DNA of 36,670 nucleotides from assembly GCA_036570465.1 (NCBI GenBank), contig DATCYD010000333.1, positions 1-36,670 on the forward strand, in the 5' to 3' direction. Shown here in pieces: positions 8,744 to 17,895 of the stretch. The stretch comes from Anseongella sp. (GTDB taxonomy: Bacteria; Bacteroidota; Bacteroidia; Sphingobacteriales; Sphingobacteriaceae). The first letter of the stretch is position 1; the number at the start of each line of letters is the position of its first letter. Both the position numbers and the translations under genes were made by a program. The notes beneath the pieces are model-generated. The model was given only the letters and a program-made list of their open reading frames with translations, was not told the origin of the DNA and made no database searches.

Positions 8744-11017
8744 CTAATTCAAACCAAAGGGAATGTGCAATCCAAACTGCACGTTCCTCCCCGGATTCAA
8801 AAGACCCAGGTCGCGATAACGGCTCATATGACTGACGTAACTAACATCCAACAAATTCTCACCCGAAATAAACACCGTTACCGGGAAACGACCCAGGGAA
8901 AGGGTGGTTCCAAGCCCGGCGTGAACCAAATGATATGCTTCGGCAGGCTGTTCAAAAGCTTCGTCCACGTGGCGTTGTTCAAAAGTGCTTGTTATGCCAA
9001 TCCTGAAATAACTGTTCTTTAACAGCCTGGAGTTCAGTTCCGGTTCAATCTTCACCTCATTGTTCCAGGATGCCGCAGGAATAAACGGCAACGGGTTGTC
9101 AGTCTTCCGGTTCGTTCCCCGGACAAGGCTGAAGCTGCTGCCAATATGCAACCAGTCCTTCGGATGAAGATCCACGATGGCCTCCAACCCGGATAGCCGG
9201 GCGTTCGCCTGTGTATAGCGATATACCGGCAATACTTCTTCTTCATGTTCAATGCTGTCTCCGGCCTGACCCCGGAGGTAGATATAATGAAATATTGTAT
9301 TGGTGTACCCGTTCAGCTCAAAGCCAAACACCTGAGATGCATATCCAAGACTGGCATCAAGCTGGAAGCTTTGCTCAGAGCGCAACTTTGGGTTGCCGAT
9401 TTCAAATCGTTCTACCCCATGATGCTCTCCATTAGACGCAAGCTCGGAAATATTCGGAGCCCTGAATGCCGAGCCAGCATTTGCTTTGACCAGAAATCCG
9501 CTTCCAAGGTCCCAGGCCAGGCCAATGCTACCGCTGACGTTGGAGAAACTGCGATCAAAGTCCTGAAACTGAAATTCTCCTTCGGTGTTACGGGTCGCTT
9601 CCGATTGAATATTACGGTAGTCGAAACGGGCCCCGGCATTTAAGTGCAGTGTTCCAAATGCCTTCCGCAGGTAAACAAAGGCCCCTCCTTCCGACGAAAT
9701 ATAGGCCGGGATCAGCAGTTCCTCTCCTCCTGAACGGTTCTGTTGCCTCGATCCGGATAAACCTACGATGGGCTCGAATCCGTTTCGGGAGGCGATAAAG
9801 AATTTCAAGTCCGCTGACAAGGTCTCCAGATCCATGCTCATTCCTGGTTCACCGGCTGAATGTTCAAATTCTCGACGCTGATTTTCCTGATAGCCCAGCA
9901 CCACCCGCAGCTGCTGCTCGCCCAGAATAAAATTATTATTGAGGGAGGCCTTGAAATGATGTACTTTTTGCATGGGAACAGCAACCTGCCGGCTAAGTCC
10001 GCCTTCCGACCCCTGATCCCCGCCGGCATGAGGATCGTGATCTTCATGTTCAGGGAACCCCAGGTTACCCTTGTAACCGGAAAGATTAAGATGACTGTAA
10101 CCCCATCTTTTGTTCAGACCCAGCATGCCTGAGAAATTGGTTTCGTTGAACGCTGTATTATGCACGTATCCGGCCGGCGTATCAAAAGAATATGCATTCC
10201 GATACGATCCCCTTCCCCGCCACACAATTCCTTTCTGGTTGCCCTCCAGCATCAGGGAACTGCCGGCAAGTCCGTTATTGCTGGCATACCTGGATGTAAA
10301 GGCCCCCTTTATTTCCCCTTCCGGAAGCGGCAGCGGATCAAGAATATTAATAACTCCGCCCATCGCATCCGAACCATATAGCAAGCTGGCGGGGCCGCGT
10401 AATACCTCTACCCGGTCCGCGGCAAAGAGGTCGAATTCCAGGCCATGTTCATCGCCCCATTGCTGTCCCTCCTGCCTGACACCGTTATTAACAATCAATA
10501 CCCTGTTATAGCTTAAACCACGAATTACCGGTTTGGAGATCCCCGGCCCACTTGTAATTTGGGATACCCCTGGCAGATGAGAAATGGCATCCACCAGGCT
10601 GGTTGCCGCGTGACTGCGCATTTCCGCCGCCGATATGCTTTCGACCGATACGCTGTTCGTATGATCACCACTGGCAGATGCCGAAGCCGTAACGACGACT
10701 TCCCGGATTTCCAGCTGGGAAACCTCAAGCCTGAAAGTCCTTTCAACGACACCACGCAACGATACCCTTTCAGCCTGCGTCTTGTAACCTAAAAAACCAA
10801 TCTGTACAGTAAAATTACCGGGAGGAAGCCCCTCCAGGGTGAAGGAACCTGTTTCGCCGGCAATGGTCTGCCTGGCCAGGTCCGGAATGGAAATACTTGC
10901 CCCTGCAAGCGGAGTGCCTGAGACAGCATCTGTCACCGTGCCTGATAGTGTTGCCTGTGCATAGGCCGAAAAAGTTAAAAAATTGATACCCAAAAGTATC
11001 CATACAAAATTTTTCAT
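8744..11017 (-). CDS. TonB-dependent receptor with His-rich loops (probable transition-metal uptake)
   Basis: Signal peptide MKNFVWILLG (ATG at 11017), CarboxypepD_reg-like N-domain, plug SKPVIRGL...QEGQQWGDEHG, VLRGPASLLYGSDAMGGVIN, C-terminal PGRNVQFGLHIPF. His clusters EHEDHDPH, GEHHG and SHMSR. Confidence 0.93.
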   Translation of the reverse strand: MKNFVWILLGINFLTFSAYAQATLSGTVTDAVSGTPLAGASISIPDLARQTIAGETGSFTLEGLPPGNFTVQIGFLGYKTQAERVSLRGVVERTFRLEVSQLEIREVVVTASASASGDHTNSVSVESISAAEMRSHAATSLVDAISHLPGVSQITSGPGISKPVIRGLSYNRVLIVNNGVRQEGQQWGDEHGLEFDLFAADRVEVLRGPASLLYGSDAMGGVINILDPLPLPEGEIKGAFTSRYASNNGLAGSSLMLEGNQKGIVWRGRGSYRNAYSFDTPAGYVHNTAFNETNFSGMLGLNKRWGYSHLNLSGYKGNLGFPEHEDHDPHAGGDQGSEGGLSRQVAVPMQKVHHFKASLNNNFILGEQQLRVVLGYQENQRREFEHSAGEPGMSMDLETLSADLKFFIASRNGFEPIVGLSGSRQQNRSGGEELLIPAYISSEGGAFVYLRKAFGTLHLNAGARFDYRNIQSEATRNTEGEFQFQDFDRSFSNVSGSIGLAWDLGSGFLVKANAGSAFRAPNISELASNGEHHGVERFEIGNPKLRSEQSFQLDASLGYASQVFGFELNGYTNTIFHYIYLRGQAGDSIEHEEEVLPVYRYTQANARLSGLEAIVDLHPKDWLHIGSSFSLVRGTNRKTDNPLPFIPAASWNNEVKIEPELNSRLLKNSYFRIGITSTFEQRHVDEAFEQPAEAYHLVHAGLGTTLSLGRFPVTVFISGENLLDVSYVSHMSRYRDLGLLNPGRNVQFGLHIPFGLN

Positions 11018-11087
11018 GCTATTAAAACCTGATAATAAACAAACTGACGGCGTGTAGCCGCCGGAAAGGGATTGTAAAAGATCCGGA

Positions 11088-11111
11088 TGACGTTTCAACA
11101 GGGAAACGTCA
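11088..11111 (-). promoter_or_regulatory. Stem-loop between the uORF stop and the receptor start
   Basis: TGACGTTTC (11088-11096) and GAAACGTCA (11103-11111) form a perfect 9-bp stem, 14 nt after the uORF stop. A second small stem CGGCG/CGCCG lies near 11048-11063. Confidence 0.6.
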
Positions 11112-11125
11112 CTAACGATCAGAAT

Positions 11126-11461
11126 TTAACAGACAGGAGGTGCCCTTAACGGGTGAAACAGCAATTTCCCGTGTACATAGACGCCGGGCAGGGTCGCTGT
11201 ATGGCTAACAGGAAAAGAGTGTACAAAGGATTTATAGACTTTCGCAGGCAGGTAATACTGCGTAAATGTACAAGAACAAATGGGACAGAATGGCTGGTGT
11301 CCGGCGGCAAAATGTTCCGTCCCGGCAAAGTCCTGGGATAATGGCGGCCGCTCCCCTTCATGCCGGTGCATGAGTTTCACAGGTATCACACTGAGAGCCA
11401 TCACTGCCAGCAGCAGAAAGGCATACACTCTTTGCAGGTATTTTTGTCGGTTTTTCACCAT
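11126..11461 (-). CDS. Small exported/membrane protein with HxH, CxxC and C-terminal RAPP (DUF2946/CruR-like regulatory uORF)
   Basis: Basic N-terminus plus hydrophobic helix, MHRHE, CPICSC, ending HPLRAPPVC*. Co-oriented with and 108 nt upstream of the TonB receptor. Confidence 0.8.
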   Translation of the reverse strand: MVKNRQKYLQRVYAFLLLAVMALSVIPVKLMHRHEGERPPLSQDFAGTEHFAAGHQPFCPICSCTFTQYYLPAKVYKSFVHSFPVSHTATLPGVYVHGKLLFHPLRAPPVC

Positions 11462-11475
11462 GCTGATACGAAAGG

Positions 11476-11483
11476 CAAAGATA
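11476..11483 (-). promoter_or_regulatory. Putative -7 promoter element for the uORF-receptor transcript
   Basis: Minus-strand TATCTTTG, 14 nt upstream of the uORF ATG. Confidence 0.55.
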
Positions 11484-11572
11484 CCATTTTAAAAGATGTG
11501 GAGATAAGGCTGGCTTTCCCGGCCATGAAACAGGCATCGATTTTGCGGGGAATCCTATAAAATTTATACCCA

Positions 11573-11992
11573 ATGCCTCTATTAAAATTAAGCTTGCTGG
11601 GGATATTGCTGATTGTACAGCAAACCTGCCAGCGCGATGAAGACTACGCCCATAAGGAGTTGCTGAACACCCAATGGGAGTTAGCAAGTCTCCGGGGAGA
11701 AGCGGTGGATTCCGCACTTAAGGCTCCCACTCTGTTGTTTTCGGCTAATGAAACAAGGGTGAATGGTTTTGCTGGTTGCAATAAGTTCTTCGGCACCTAC
11801 ATGTTGAACGAAGATTCTCTTTCCTTTTCCGGAATAGGTTCTACCAAAATGTTCTGTGAGCAATCCCAGGAGCTAGAGAATAATTATATAGAGTTGCTGA
11901 GCATGGCAAGCCATTTTGTGGTCTCGGAAAACGGGAGCACACTGACACTGCTGGACACCGCAACCCCCATTCTGGAATTCCGAAAGAAATAG
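11573..11992 (+). CDS. META-domain (HslJ-like) putative lipoprotein
   Basis: Hydrophobic signal followed by Cys; L.NTQWEL, GFAGCNKFFG and STKMFC META motifs. Confidence 0.88.
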   Translation: MPLLKLSLLGILLIVQQTCQRDEDYAHKELLNTQWELASLRGEAVDSALKAPTLLFSANETRVNGFAGCNKFFGTYMLNEDSLSFSGIGSTKMFCEQSQELENNYIELLSMASHFVVSENGSTLTLLDTATPILEFRKK

Positions 11993-11993
11993 C

Positions 11994-12227
11994 TCAGGAC
12001 ATTCCTGCGTCACCGCTAGCCAGCAGGGCAAGGGCTTTTTGCAGGTCCTGCTCTCTGACAAGCAGGCGGATACCGCCTGTCCTGGAGGTGAGGATGGGTT
12101 GAAAACCCGTTGAATCTTCTCCGGCAAGCATGCAGGGAATACCGGCGCTCTCCAGATGCGTTTTCAAAATGTGGGCGCTTCCGGCATTATCGAATTTCCG
12201 AAGCTCCACCAGTTGATCTTTTGCCAT
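11994..12227 (-). CDS. DUF2007-family small protein
   Basis: AHILKTHLESAGIPC...GE...GGIRLLVREQDLQKALALL pattern; 3 nt downstream of terC. Confidence 0.8.
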   Translation of the reverse strand: MAKDQLVELRKFDNAGSAHILKTHLESAGIPCMLAGEDSTGFQPILTSRTGGIRLLVREQDLQKALALLASGDAGMS

Positions 12228-12230
12228 AGC

Positions 12231-12986
12231 TCAGATATTTTCCCCGTTTTTATCGTATTTATCACGCAGCTGTACAGGCTTTGAAGTCACTTTCTTCATT
12301 TTTAGGTTTAGCATCTCCACCAAAATGGAAAAGGCCATTGCAAAGTAAATATAACCCTTGGGGATATGTTGTTCCAGTCCCTCGGCGATCAGGGAAACAC
12401 CGATCAGCACCAGAAAACTGAGCGCGAGCATTTTTACAGTCGGGTGTCTTTCCACAAAACGACTGATGGGGCCGGCAGAGAACATCATAATGCAAACCGC
12501 AATGATCACCGCCGCTATCATCACCCCTACTTCATCAGCCATACCCACGGCGGTAATCACTGAATCAAGTGAAAATACGATATCCAGTACCAGGATTTGG
12601 CTGATTACGCCCGCAAAGGAGCTGGCGACCGATTTATCTTTTTCCCCTTCTTCCCCTTCCAGCTTTTCGTGAATCTCCATGGTGCTTTTGTAGATCAGGA
12701 AAAGCCCCCCAATCAGCAAGATCAGGTCACGTCCGGATATTTCCTGGCCAAGCACTTCAAAGAGCGGGGCAGTCAGGCGCATGATCCAGGCGATAGATAA
12801 TAACAGCAATACACGCGTGAACATGGCCAGTCCAAGGCCCCAGTTCCGTGCTTTAGCCTGTTGATCCTTTGGAAGCTTCCCCGCAAGAATAGAGATAAAC
12901 ACAATATTGTCAATGCCCAGGACAACCTCCAGCACCGTCAGGGTAAGCAGAGATATCCATATTTCGGGGTTGGCTATCCATTCCAT
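12231..12986 (-). CDS. TerC-family membrane protein
   Basis: LEVVLGIDNIVFI, DIVFSLDSVITAVG, PKGYIYFAMAFS. ATG at 12986 (MEWIANPE) is preferred over 13082. Confidence 0.93.
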   Translation of the reverse strand: MEWIANPEIWISLLTLTVLEVVLGIDNIVFISILAGKLPKDQQAKARNWGLGLAMFTRVLLLLSIAWIMRLTAPLFEVLGQEISGRDLILLIGGLFLIYKSTMEIHEKLEGEEGEKDKSVASSFAGVISQILVLDIVFSLDSVITAVGMADEVGVMIAAVIIAVCIMMFSAGPISRFVERHPTVKMLALSFLVLIGVSLIAEGLEQHIPKGYIYFAMAFSILVEMLNLKMKKVTSKPVQLRDKYDKNGENI

Positions 12987-13012
12987 GATAAAATTTTGGT
13001 TCCAAACTAAGG

Positions 13013-13039
13013 AAAAAACCCAAGCCTGCAAAGGCCTGG
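13013..13039 (-). terminator. Terminator-like hairpin plus U tract in the terC 5' region
   Basis: Minus strand CCAGGCCT-TTGC-AGGCTTGG-G-TTTTTT: 8-bp stem with one G-U pair. Confidence 0.45.
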
Positions 13040-13102
13040 CAAAAAAAATCGTGTCACAAACATAGCCGGGAAAACATTGCACCCGGTGAATTATTTTTTT
13101 GA

Positions 13103-13110
13103 TACTTTTG
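13103..13110 (+). promoter_or_regulatory. Putative -7 promoter element for aspS
   Basis: TACTTTTG 23 nt upstream of ATG 13134, with TTG about 23 nt further upstream. Confidence 0.5.
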
Positions 13111-13133
13111 CAGCAATTTTCAATCTGTATTTT

Positions 13134-14894
13134 ATGCTACGTACCCATACTTGCGGCGAACTTAACCTGGAGAACCTTGATACGGACGTAACCCTTTGCG
13201 GCTGGGTGCAACGTTCACGCGATCTGGGAGGGATGACTTTCATCGATCTGCGCGATCGCTACGGTCTGATCCAGCTGGTATTCAACATGGAAGATGACAG
13301 GGCGCTTTGTTCCCGTGCCAGAGAGATCGGACGGGAATTTGTCATCAAGGCAATTGGCAAGGTGGTGGAACGAAGCAACAAAAATCCGAAACTGCCTACG
13401 GGCGAGATTGAGATAAAGGTTGGCAGTCTGGAAATACTGAACGCTTCCAAAGTTCCTCCTTTCATCATTGAAGAAGAAACCGATGGAGGAGAGGACCTGC
13501 GGGCAAAATATCGCTATCTGGATCTCCGGCGCAGCAATGTACGCCGCAATCTGGAAGTTCGTCATAAGCTGGCCTCGGAAACCCGCCGCTATCTGGATCG
13601 TGCGGAATTCATCGAAGTGGAAACCCCGGTATTGATCAAATCAACGCCTGAAGGCGCGCGGGACTTTGTCGTGCCCAGCCGCATGAACCCCGGCGAGTTC
13701 TATGCATTACCGCAATCGCCGCAAACCTTTAAGCAATTGCTGATGGTTTCGGGAATGGACCGTTATTACCAGATCGTCAAATGTTTCCGTGACGAGGACC
13801 TCCGGGCCGACCGCCAGCCGGAATTCACGCAGATCGACTGCGAAATGTCTTTTGTCACGCGGGAAGATATTCTGAGAACCTTTGAAGGGCTCATCAGTCA
13901 TCTTTTCAATAAAGTAAGCGGCATGGATATCGGTTCCATGCCGCTGATGCCTTATTCTGAGGCCATGCGGAAATACGGTAACGATAAGCCCGACACCCGC
14001 TTCGGCATGACCTTCGTTGAATTGAAGAATCCTTCCGAAGGAATCGACCTGACCAGCGGAAAAGATTTCCGGGTATTCGACAGCGCTGAGTTGATTGCCG
14101 GGATTTGTATGGAAGGTGGAGCCGGATATACCCGTAAACAACTCGACGAGCTTACGGACTGGGTCAAAAGACCGCAAATTGGCGCTTCAGGCATGGTTTA
14201 CGTCCGGTTCAACAACGATGGAACCTTAAAATCCTCGGTTGACAAATTTTATAATGAAAATGATCTCCGGGCCTGGGCACAAGCCTTCGGCGCCCGGGAA
14301 GGAGACCTGATGCTAATTCTGGCTGGTCCGGCAGCCAAAACCAGGAAAGCCCTGTCGGAGCTTCGTCTTGAAATGGGGAACCGTCTGGGGCTTCGCCCGA
14401 TGGACACCTTCCAGGCCTTGTGGGTGGTGGATTTCCCTCTGCTGGAATGGGATGAAGAGAGCGCCCGCTGGCATGCCATGCATCACCCTTTTACTTCCCC
14501 GCTTCCCGAAGATGCACATTTACTGGAAAGCGACCCTGGTAAGGTTCGCGCAAATGCCTACGACATGGTCATCAATGGGAATGAGGTCGGAGGCGGTTCC
14601 ATCCGGATCCATAACCGGACATTGCAACAACAAATGTTTCAGATCCTGGGTTTCAGCCCCGAAGAAGCACAAGCTCAATTCGGGTTCCTCATGGACGCCT
14701 TCGAGTTTGGCGCGCCTCCCCACGGGGGCATTGCCTTTGGCTTCGACAGACTTTGTTCCATTTTCTCCGGCCTGGACTCGATCCGCGACGTAATTGCCTT
14801 TCCAAAAAACAATTCAGGCAGGGACGTCATGATTGATTCGCCATCGGCTATCTCACAAGAGCAGCTAAACGAATTAAATATTCGTCTGAAATAA
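13134..14894 (+). CDS. aspS: Aspartate--tRNA ligase
   Basis: [10 protein letters not shown] start (ATG at 13134), [53 protein letters not shown]. Confidence 0.99.
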   Translation: MLRTHTCGELNLENLDTDVTLCGWVQRSRDLGGMTFIDLRDRYGLIQLVFNMEDDRALCSRAREIGREFVIKAIGKVVERSNKNPKLPTGEIEIKVGSLEILNASKVPPFIIEEETDGGEDLRAKYRYLDLRRSNVRRNLEVRHKLASETRRYLDRAEFIEVETPVLIKSTPEGARDFVVPSRMNPGEFYALPQSPQTFKQLLMVSGMDRYYQIVKCFRDEDLRADRQPEFTQIDCEMSFVTREDILRTFEGLISHLFNKVSGMDIGSMPLMPYSEAMRKYGNDKPDTRFGMTFVELKNPSEGIDLTSGKDFRVFDSAELIAGICMEGGAGYTRKQLDELTDWVKRPQIGASGMVYVRFNNDGTLKSSVDKFYNENDLRAWAQAFGAREGDLMLILAGPAAKTRKALSELRLEMGNRLGLRPMDTFQALWVVDFPLLEWDEESARWHAMHHPFTSPLPEDAHLLESDPGKVRANAYDMVINGNEVGGGSIRIHNRTLQQQMFQILGFSPEEAQAQFGFLMDAFEFGAPPHGGIAFGFDRLCSIFSGLDSIRDVIAFPKNNSGRDVMIDSPSAISQEQLNELNIRLK

Positions 14895-14915
14895 AAAGAA
14901 GGCCCCTTCCCGCTG

Positions 14916-15374
14916 TCAGAACGGAAGATCGTCTTCAGGGTTGCCTGCAGGCGATACATCAGAGCGCTGAGTTTGGTTGCCGGAGCCCTCTCCGCCACCC
15001 TGATTTCCTCCACCCTGGTTTCCGCTACCCTGGTTATCATAATCGCTGCGCCGGCCCAGCATGGTAAAGTTGTCGGCGACTACTTCGGTGATGTACCGCT
15101 TATTCCCTTCCTTATCGTCCCAGGAACGGGAACGAAGCTTCCCTTCGATGTACACAAGTTTTCCTTTATGAAGATACTTTTCGGCTACATCGGCCAGTCC
15201 GCGCCATACGACAATGTTGTGCCATTCGGTTTGTTCAACCCGCTGACCGTCCCTGGTATAGATTTCTGAAGTGGCCAGCGGAAATGACGCTTTTGAAACG
15301 CCCCCCTCCATGTGCCTGATCTCGGGATCCTTGCCCAGGTGACCTACTAAGATGACTTTATTGATACCTGACAT
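14916..15374 (-). CDS. ssb: Single-stranded DNA-binding protein
   Basis: MSGINKVILVGHLGKDPE, TEWHNIVVW, Gly/Asn/Gln-rich linker, DDLPF tail. Confidence 0.98.
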   Translation of the reverse strand: MSGINKVILVGHLGKDPEIRHMEGGVSKASFPLATSEIYTRDGQRVEQTEWHNIVVWRGLADVAEKYLHKGKLVYIEGKLRSRSWDDKEGNKRYITEVVADNFTMLGRRSDYDNQGSGNQGGGNQGGGEGSGNQTQRSDVSPAGNPEDDLPF

Positions 15375-15393
15375 ACAAACTATGATTAGATAA

Positions 15394-16446
15394 TTACAAA
15401 TTACGGTTATTTTCCAGATAGTTGGCAATTAGTTTTGGAAAAGCATAGGCTTCCAGCTCCTTTTCTCCGACAGCGAGATACTGCTTTTCCGGCACAGGAC
15501 TTCCTTTTAGCTCCAGTTCCCAGAAACGGGCTAGGATCACCTGATGGGATAGCACATGCTTCACTGTTTCGGAAACGGATGATACTAAAAAATGGCGGTC
15601 ATTCAAAATTTTCCTGAAATCCTCCAGCAAAAATAAACCGGATGTTTCCACCGGGGTTCCGGTTTCCACCAGGGGGAACTCGTACAAACTTTGCCAGATG
15701 TCACCGGCTCCTCTTTTCCTGAGGAACAGGTTCCCTTCTTCACGTATCACCAGGTAATTGAAATATCGCTTTCGCGCTTTCGCCTTCTTGGTGCGCACAG
15801 GAAGTTTTTCCACCAGGCCCTTTTGATAGGCCACGCAGGAAGTTTGCAAGGGGCATTCTTTGCAAAGTGGCCGCATTGGCCGGCATTGCATGGCGCCAAA
15901 CTCCATAATAGCCTGGTTATGCAACCCCGGCTCATCCTGGTTCAGCAGCTCTTGCGCCAGGGAGGCAAATTGCTTCTTTCCCGTTGAGGAATCAATGGAA
16001 ACATCCATGCCGAAGAAGCGCGAGAGCAGACGATATACATTCCCGTCAACCACGGCCCTGGCTTCATTCCCGGCAAACGAAGCGACGGCCGCCGCTGTAT
16101 AAGCTCCAATCCCCTTCAAGCCAATCAGCACCGAATAAGCCGAAGGAAAAATCGTTCCCCATTCTTGCCGGACATACCGGGCGGTCGCATGCATGTTCCG
16201 CGCCCGCGAGTAGTAGCCCAGCCCTTGCCAAAGCCTCATTACCTGGTCTTCATCCGCCGCGGCCAGGTCCTCGACCGAAGGAAACGCCTCTACAAACCGA
16301 AGATAGTAGGGAAGTCCCTGATCCACACGGGTTTGTTGCATAATAATTTCCGACAACCAAATTCGATACGGATCACTGGTTTCCCGCCAGGGAAGATCTC
16401 GTTTATGCGTGTGGTACCAGTCTGTAATCGTTCGTGAGAAATCCAT
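15394..16446 (-). CDS. mutY: A/G-specific adenine glycosylase
   Basis: RDLPWR, SEIIMQQT, GLGYYSRARN, HhH GIGAYTA, VDGNV, 4Fe-4S motif CRPMRPLCKECPLQTSC. Confidence 0.98.
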   Translation of the reverse strand: MDFSRTITDWYHTHKRDLPWRETSDPYRIWLSEIIMQQTRVDQGLPYYLRFVEAFPSVEDLAAADEDQVMRLWQGLGYYSRARNMHATARYVRQEWGTIFPSAYSVLIGLKGIGAYTAAAVASFAGNEARAVVDGNVYRLLSRFFGMDVSIDSSTGKKQFASLAQELLNQDEPGLHNQAIMEFGAMQCRPMRPLCKECPLQTSCVAYQKGLVEKLPVRTKKAKARKRYFNYLVIREEGNLFLRKRGAGDIWQSLYEFPLVETGTPVETSGLFLLEDFRKILNDRHFLVSSVSETVKHVLSHQVILARFWELELKGSPVPEKQYLAVGEKELEAYAFPKLIANYLENNRNL

Positions 16447-16563
16447 ATAAAAGCCAAATTTCCGTAAAATATAATTGACTTCTTTTAGTTTTCAATAAAA
16501 AGAGCTAATTTCGCAACCCCTAAATAATGAAGATTTTACAGCAAGGGATTAACGCAAAATAAT

Positions 16564-16878
16564 ATGACGAAAGCAGAAGTGATTGCAGAAATTGCAAACA
16601 AAACAGGGATCGAAAAAGTCGATGTCGCCGAAACCATTGAAGCGTTTTTTAAGGTGGTTAAAAACTCGATGATCGAAGGTAACAACATTTACGTAAGAGG
16701 CTTCGGCAGCTTTGTTGTAAAGAAACGAGCACAAAAAACTGCGAGGAATATTTCAAAAAATACAGCAATTATTATTCCTGAACATTATATTCCAAGCTTC
16801 AAGCCTGCGAAGGTCTTTGTCGAAAAAGTGAAGAATTCCAGCAAGAAAAAAAATTCAGAAGCTGCATTAATCAAGTAG
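16564..16878 (+). CDS. hup: HU-family DNA-binding protein
   Basis: MTKAEVIAEIA, YVRGFGSF, KTARNISKN, PSFKPAK. Confidence 0.95.
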   Translation: MTKAEVIAEIANKTGIEKVDVAETIEAFFKVVKNSMIEGNNIYVRGFGSFVVKKRAQKTARNISKNTAIIIPEHYIPSFKPAKVFVEKVKNSSKKKNSEAALIK

Positions 16879-16881
16879 AGC

Positions 16882-17715
16882 TTGTTATCAGGAAAACAAA
16901 TAGGAGTTATCGCTTCGGTCGTCGTATTGGTCGTTGCGCTGTACCTGCTTCCGGTAAAGGGACTTGTTGCTCCTGAATCGGAAACCTCGGGTGAGGCAGG
17001 AGCCGGTGCAGTCACCGAAGCCGTTTTCAGCCGGGCCGACCTGGTGGCGGCTGCGAAACAAAACATAAAGCCGTCACTGCTTGTTGACTTAGAGTCCCTT
17101 GAAAAGGAGCTTGAAGCCAACCCGGATGACACGGTGGTCCTGAAAAAGGTAGCCAGTCAATGGGAAGGGTTAAACGTTACCAGTGTGAGCGGACTCTATT
17201 ACCTGGAGCTCGCGGAAAAACACTCCACGGCGGAAAACTGGCTCAAAGCCGGAAACATGCTTCGTGATGGGTACAGAGCAGCAAACGATACACTGCAACG
17301 ATCGTTCCTGGCGAACAAGGCGCTGACAGCATACCAATCAGCAGTTGACCTGGATCCGGAAAATCTGGATGCGCAAACAGGCCTCGGCACCGTAACGGTA
17401 GAGGGGGGGGGCGCTCCGATGAAAGGGATTCAGATACTCCTGGGTGTGGTGGAAAAAGATCCGGAGAATGCGGCCGCCAACCTTGCTCTGGGAAAATTTT
17501 CCATGCAAAGCGGCCAGTATGAAAAGGCGCGTGACCGGTTTCTGACGGTGGTTAATAAGAAGCCGGGAGGGGAAGTTTATTTTTACCTTGGAGAAGCTTA
17601 CCGGCAATTGGGCGATAAGAAAAAGGCTATTGAAGCCTACGAAACTACCAAACGGTATATTGTGGATCAGCGTTTCAGCACAATGGTTGACAATATCATA
17701 AAGGGATTGAAGTAA
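16882..17715 (+). CDS. Membrane-anchored tetratricopeptide-repeat protein
   Basis: N-terminal TM helix and TPR-like units (AVDLDPENLDAQTGLG, YFYLGEAYRQLGDKKKAIEAY). The TTG start is uncertain. Confidence 0.8.
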   Translation: MLSGKQIGVIASVVVLVVALYLLPVKGLVAPESETSGEAGAGAVTEAVFSRADLVAAAKQNIKPSLLVDLESLEKELEANPDDTVVLKKVASQWEGLNVTSVSGLYYLELAEKHSTAENWLKAGNMLRDGYRAANDTLQRSFLANKALTAYQSAVDLDPENLDAQTGLGTVTVEGGGAPMKGIQILLGVVEKDPENAAANLALGKFSMQSGQYEKARDRFLTVVNKKPGGEVYFYLGEAYRQLGDKKKAIEAYETTKRYIVDQRFSTMVDNIIKGLK

Positions 17716-17745
17716 TTATTTTTCACAAGATTAAAAAATTGAGTT

Positions 17746-17835
17746 ATGCCAAGTGGTAAGAAACGGAAAAGACATAAAATGGCCACCCACAAGCGTAAAA
17801 AGCGCCTGAGAAAGAACAGACATAAGAAAAAATAA
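17746..17835 (+). CDS. Small basic ribosomal protein bS22-like (AURKAIP1/COX24/DUF1713 family), 29 aa
   Basis: ATG 17746 to TAA 17835 encodes MPSGKKRKRHKMATHKRKKRLRKNRHKKK; shorter than any ORF in the supplied track. Confidence 0.88.
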   Translation: MPSGKKRKRHKMATHKRKKRLRKNRHKKK

Positions 17836-17895
17836 TATGACACCATCATCCATCTTTTACAGAACGGATGCGGGTGAGGAAGGCTCTTTCCAACT

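Noticed and set aside
11018-11098. ORF-track N-terminal extensions (receptor from 11098; also fumC 4174, PTP 6838, terC 13082, aspS 13077, ssb 15428, radA 19668, carB 25040, argG 31768)
   Set aside because: Family-typical N-termini begin at downstream ATGs, and the extensions overlap promoters, leaders or neighbouring genes.
12987-13130. yybP-ykoY riboswitch upstream of terC
   Set aside because: The conserved aptamer motifs are not visible and there is too little space.
14898-14910. GAAGG-CC-CCTTC hairpin between convergent aspS and ssb as a terminator
   Set aside because: The stem is too short and the loop too tight to call with confidence.
14975-15035. NQGSG/NQGGG repeats in ssb
   Set aside because: Ordinary disordered SSB linker.
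17403-17411. G9 homopolymer in the TPR gene as a phase-variation tract
   Set aside because: It is in frame, encodes EGGG, and is short; a single sequence gives no evidence of variation.
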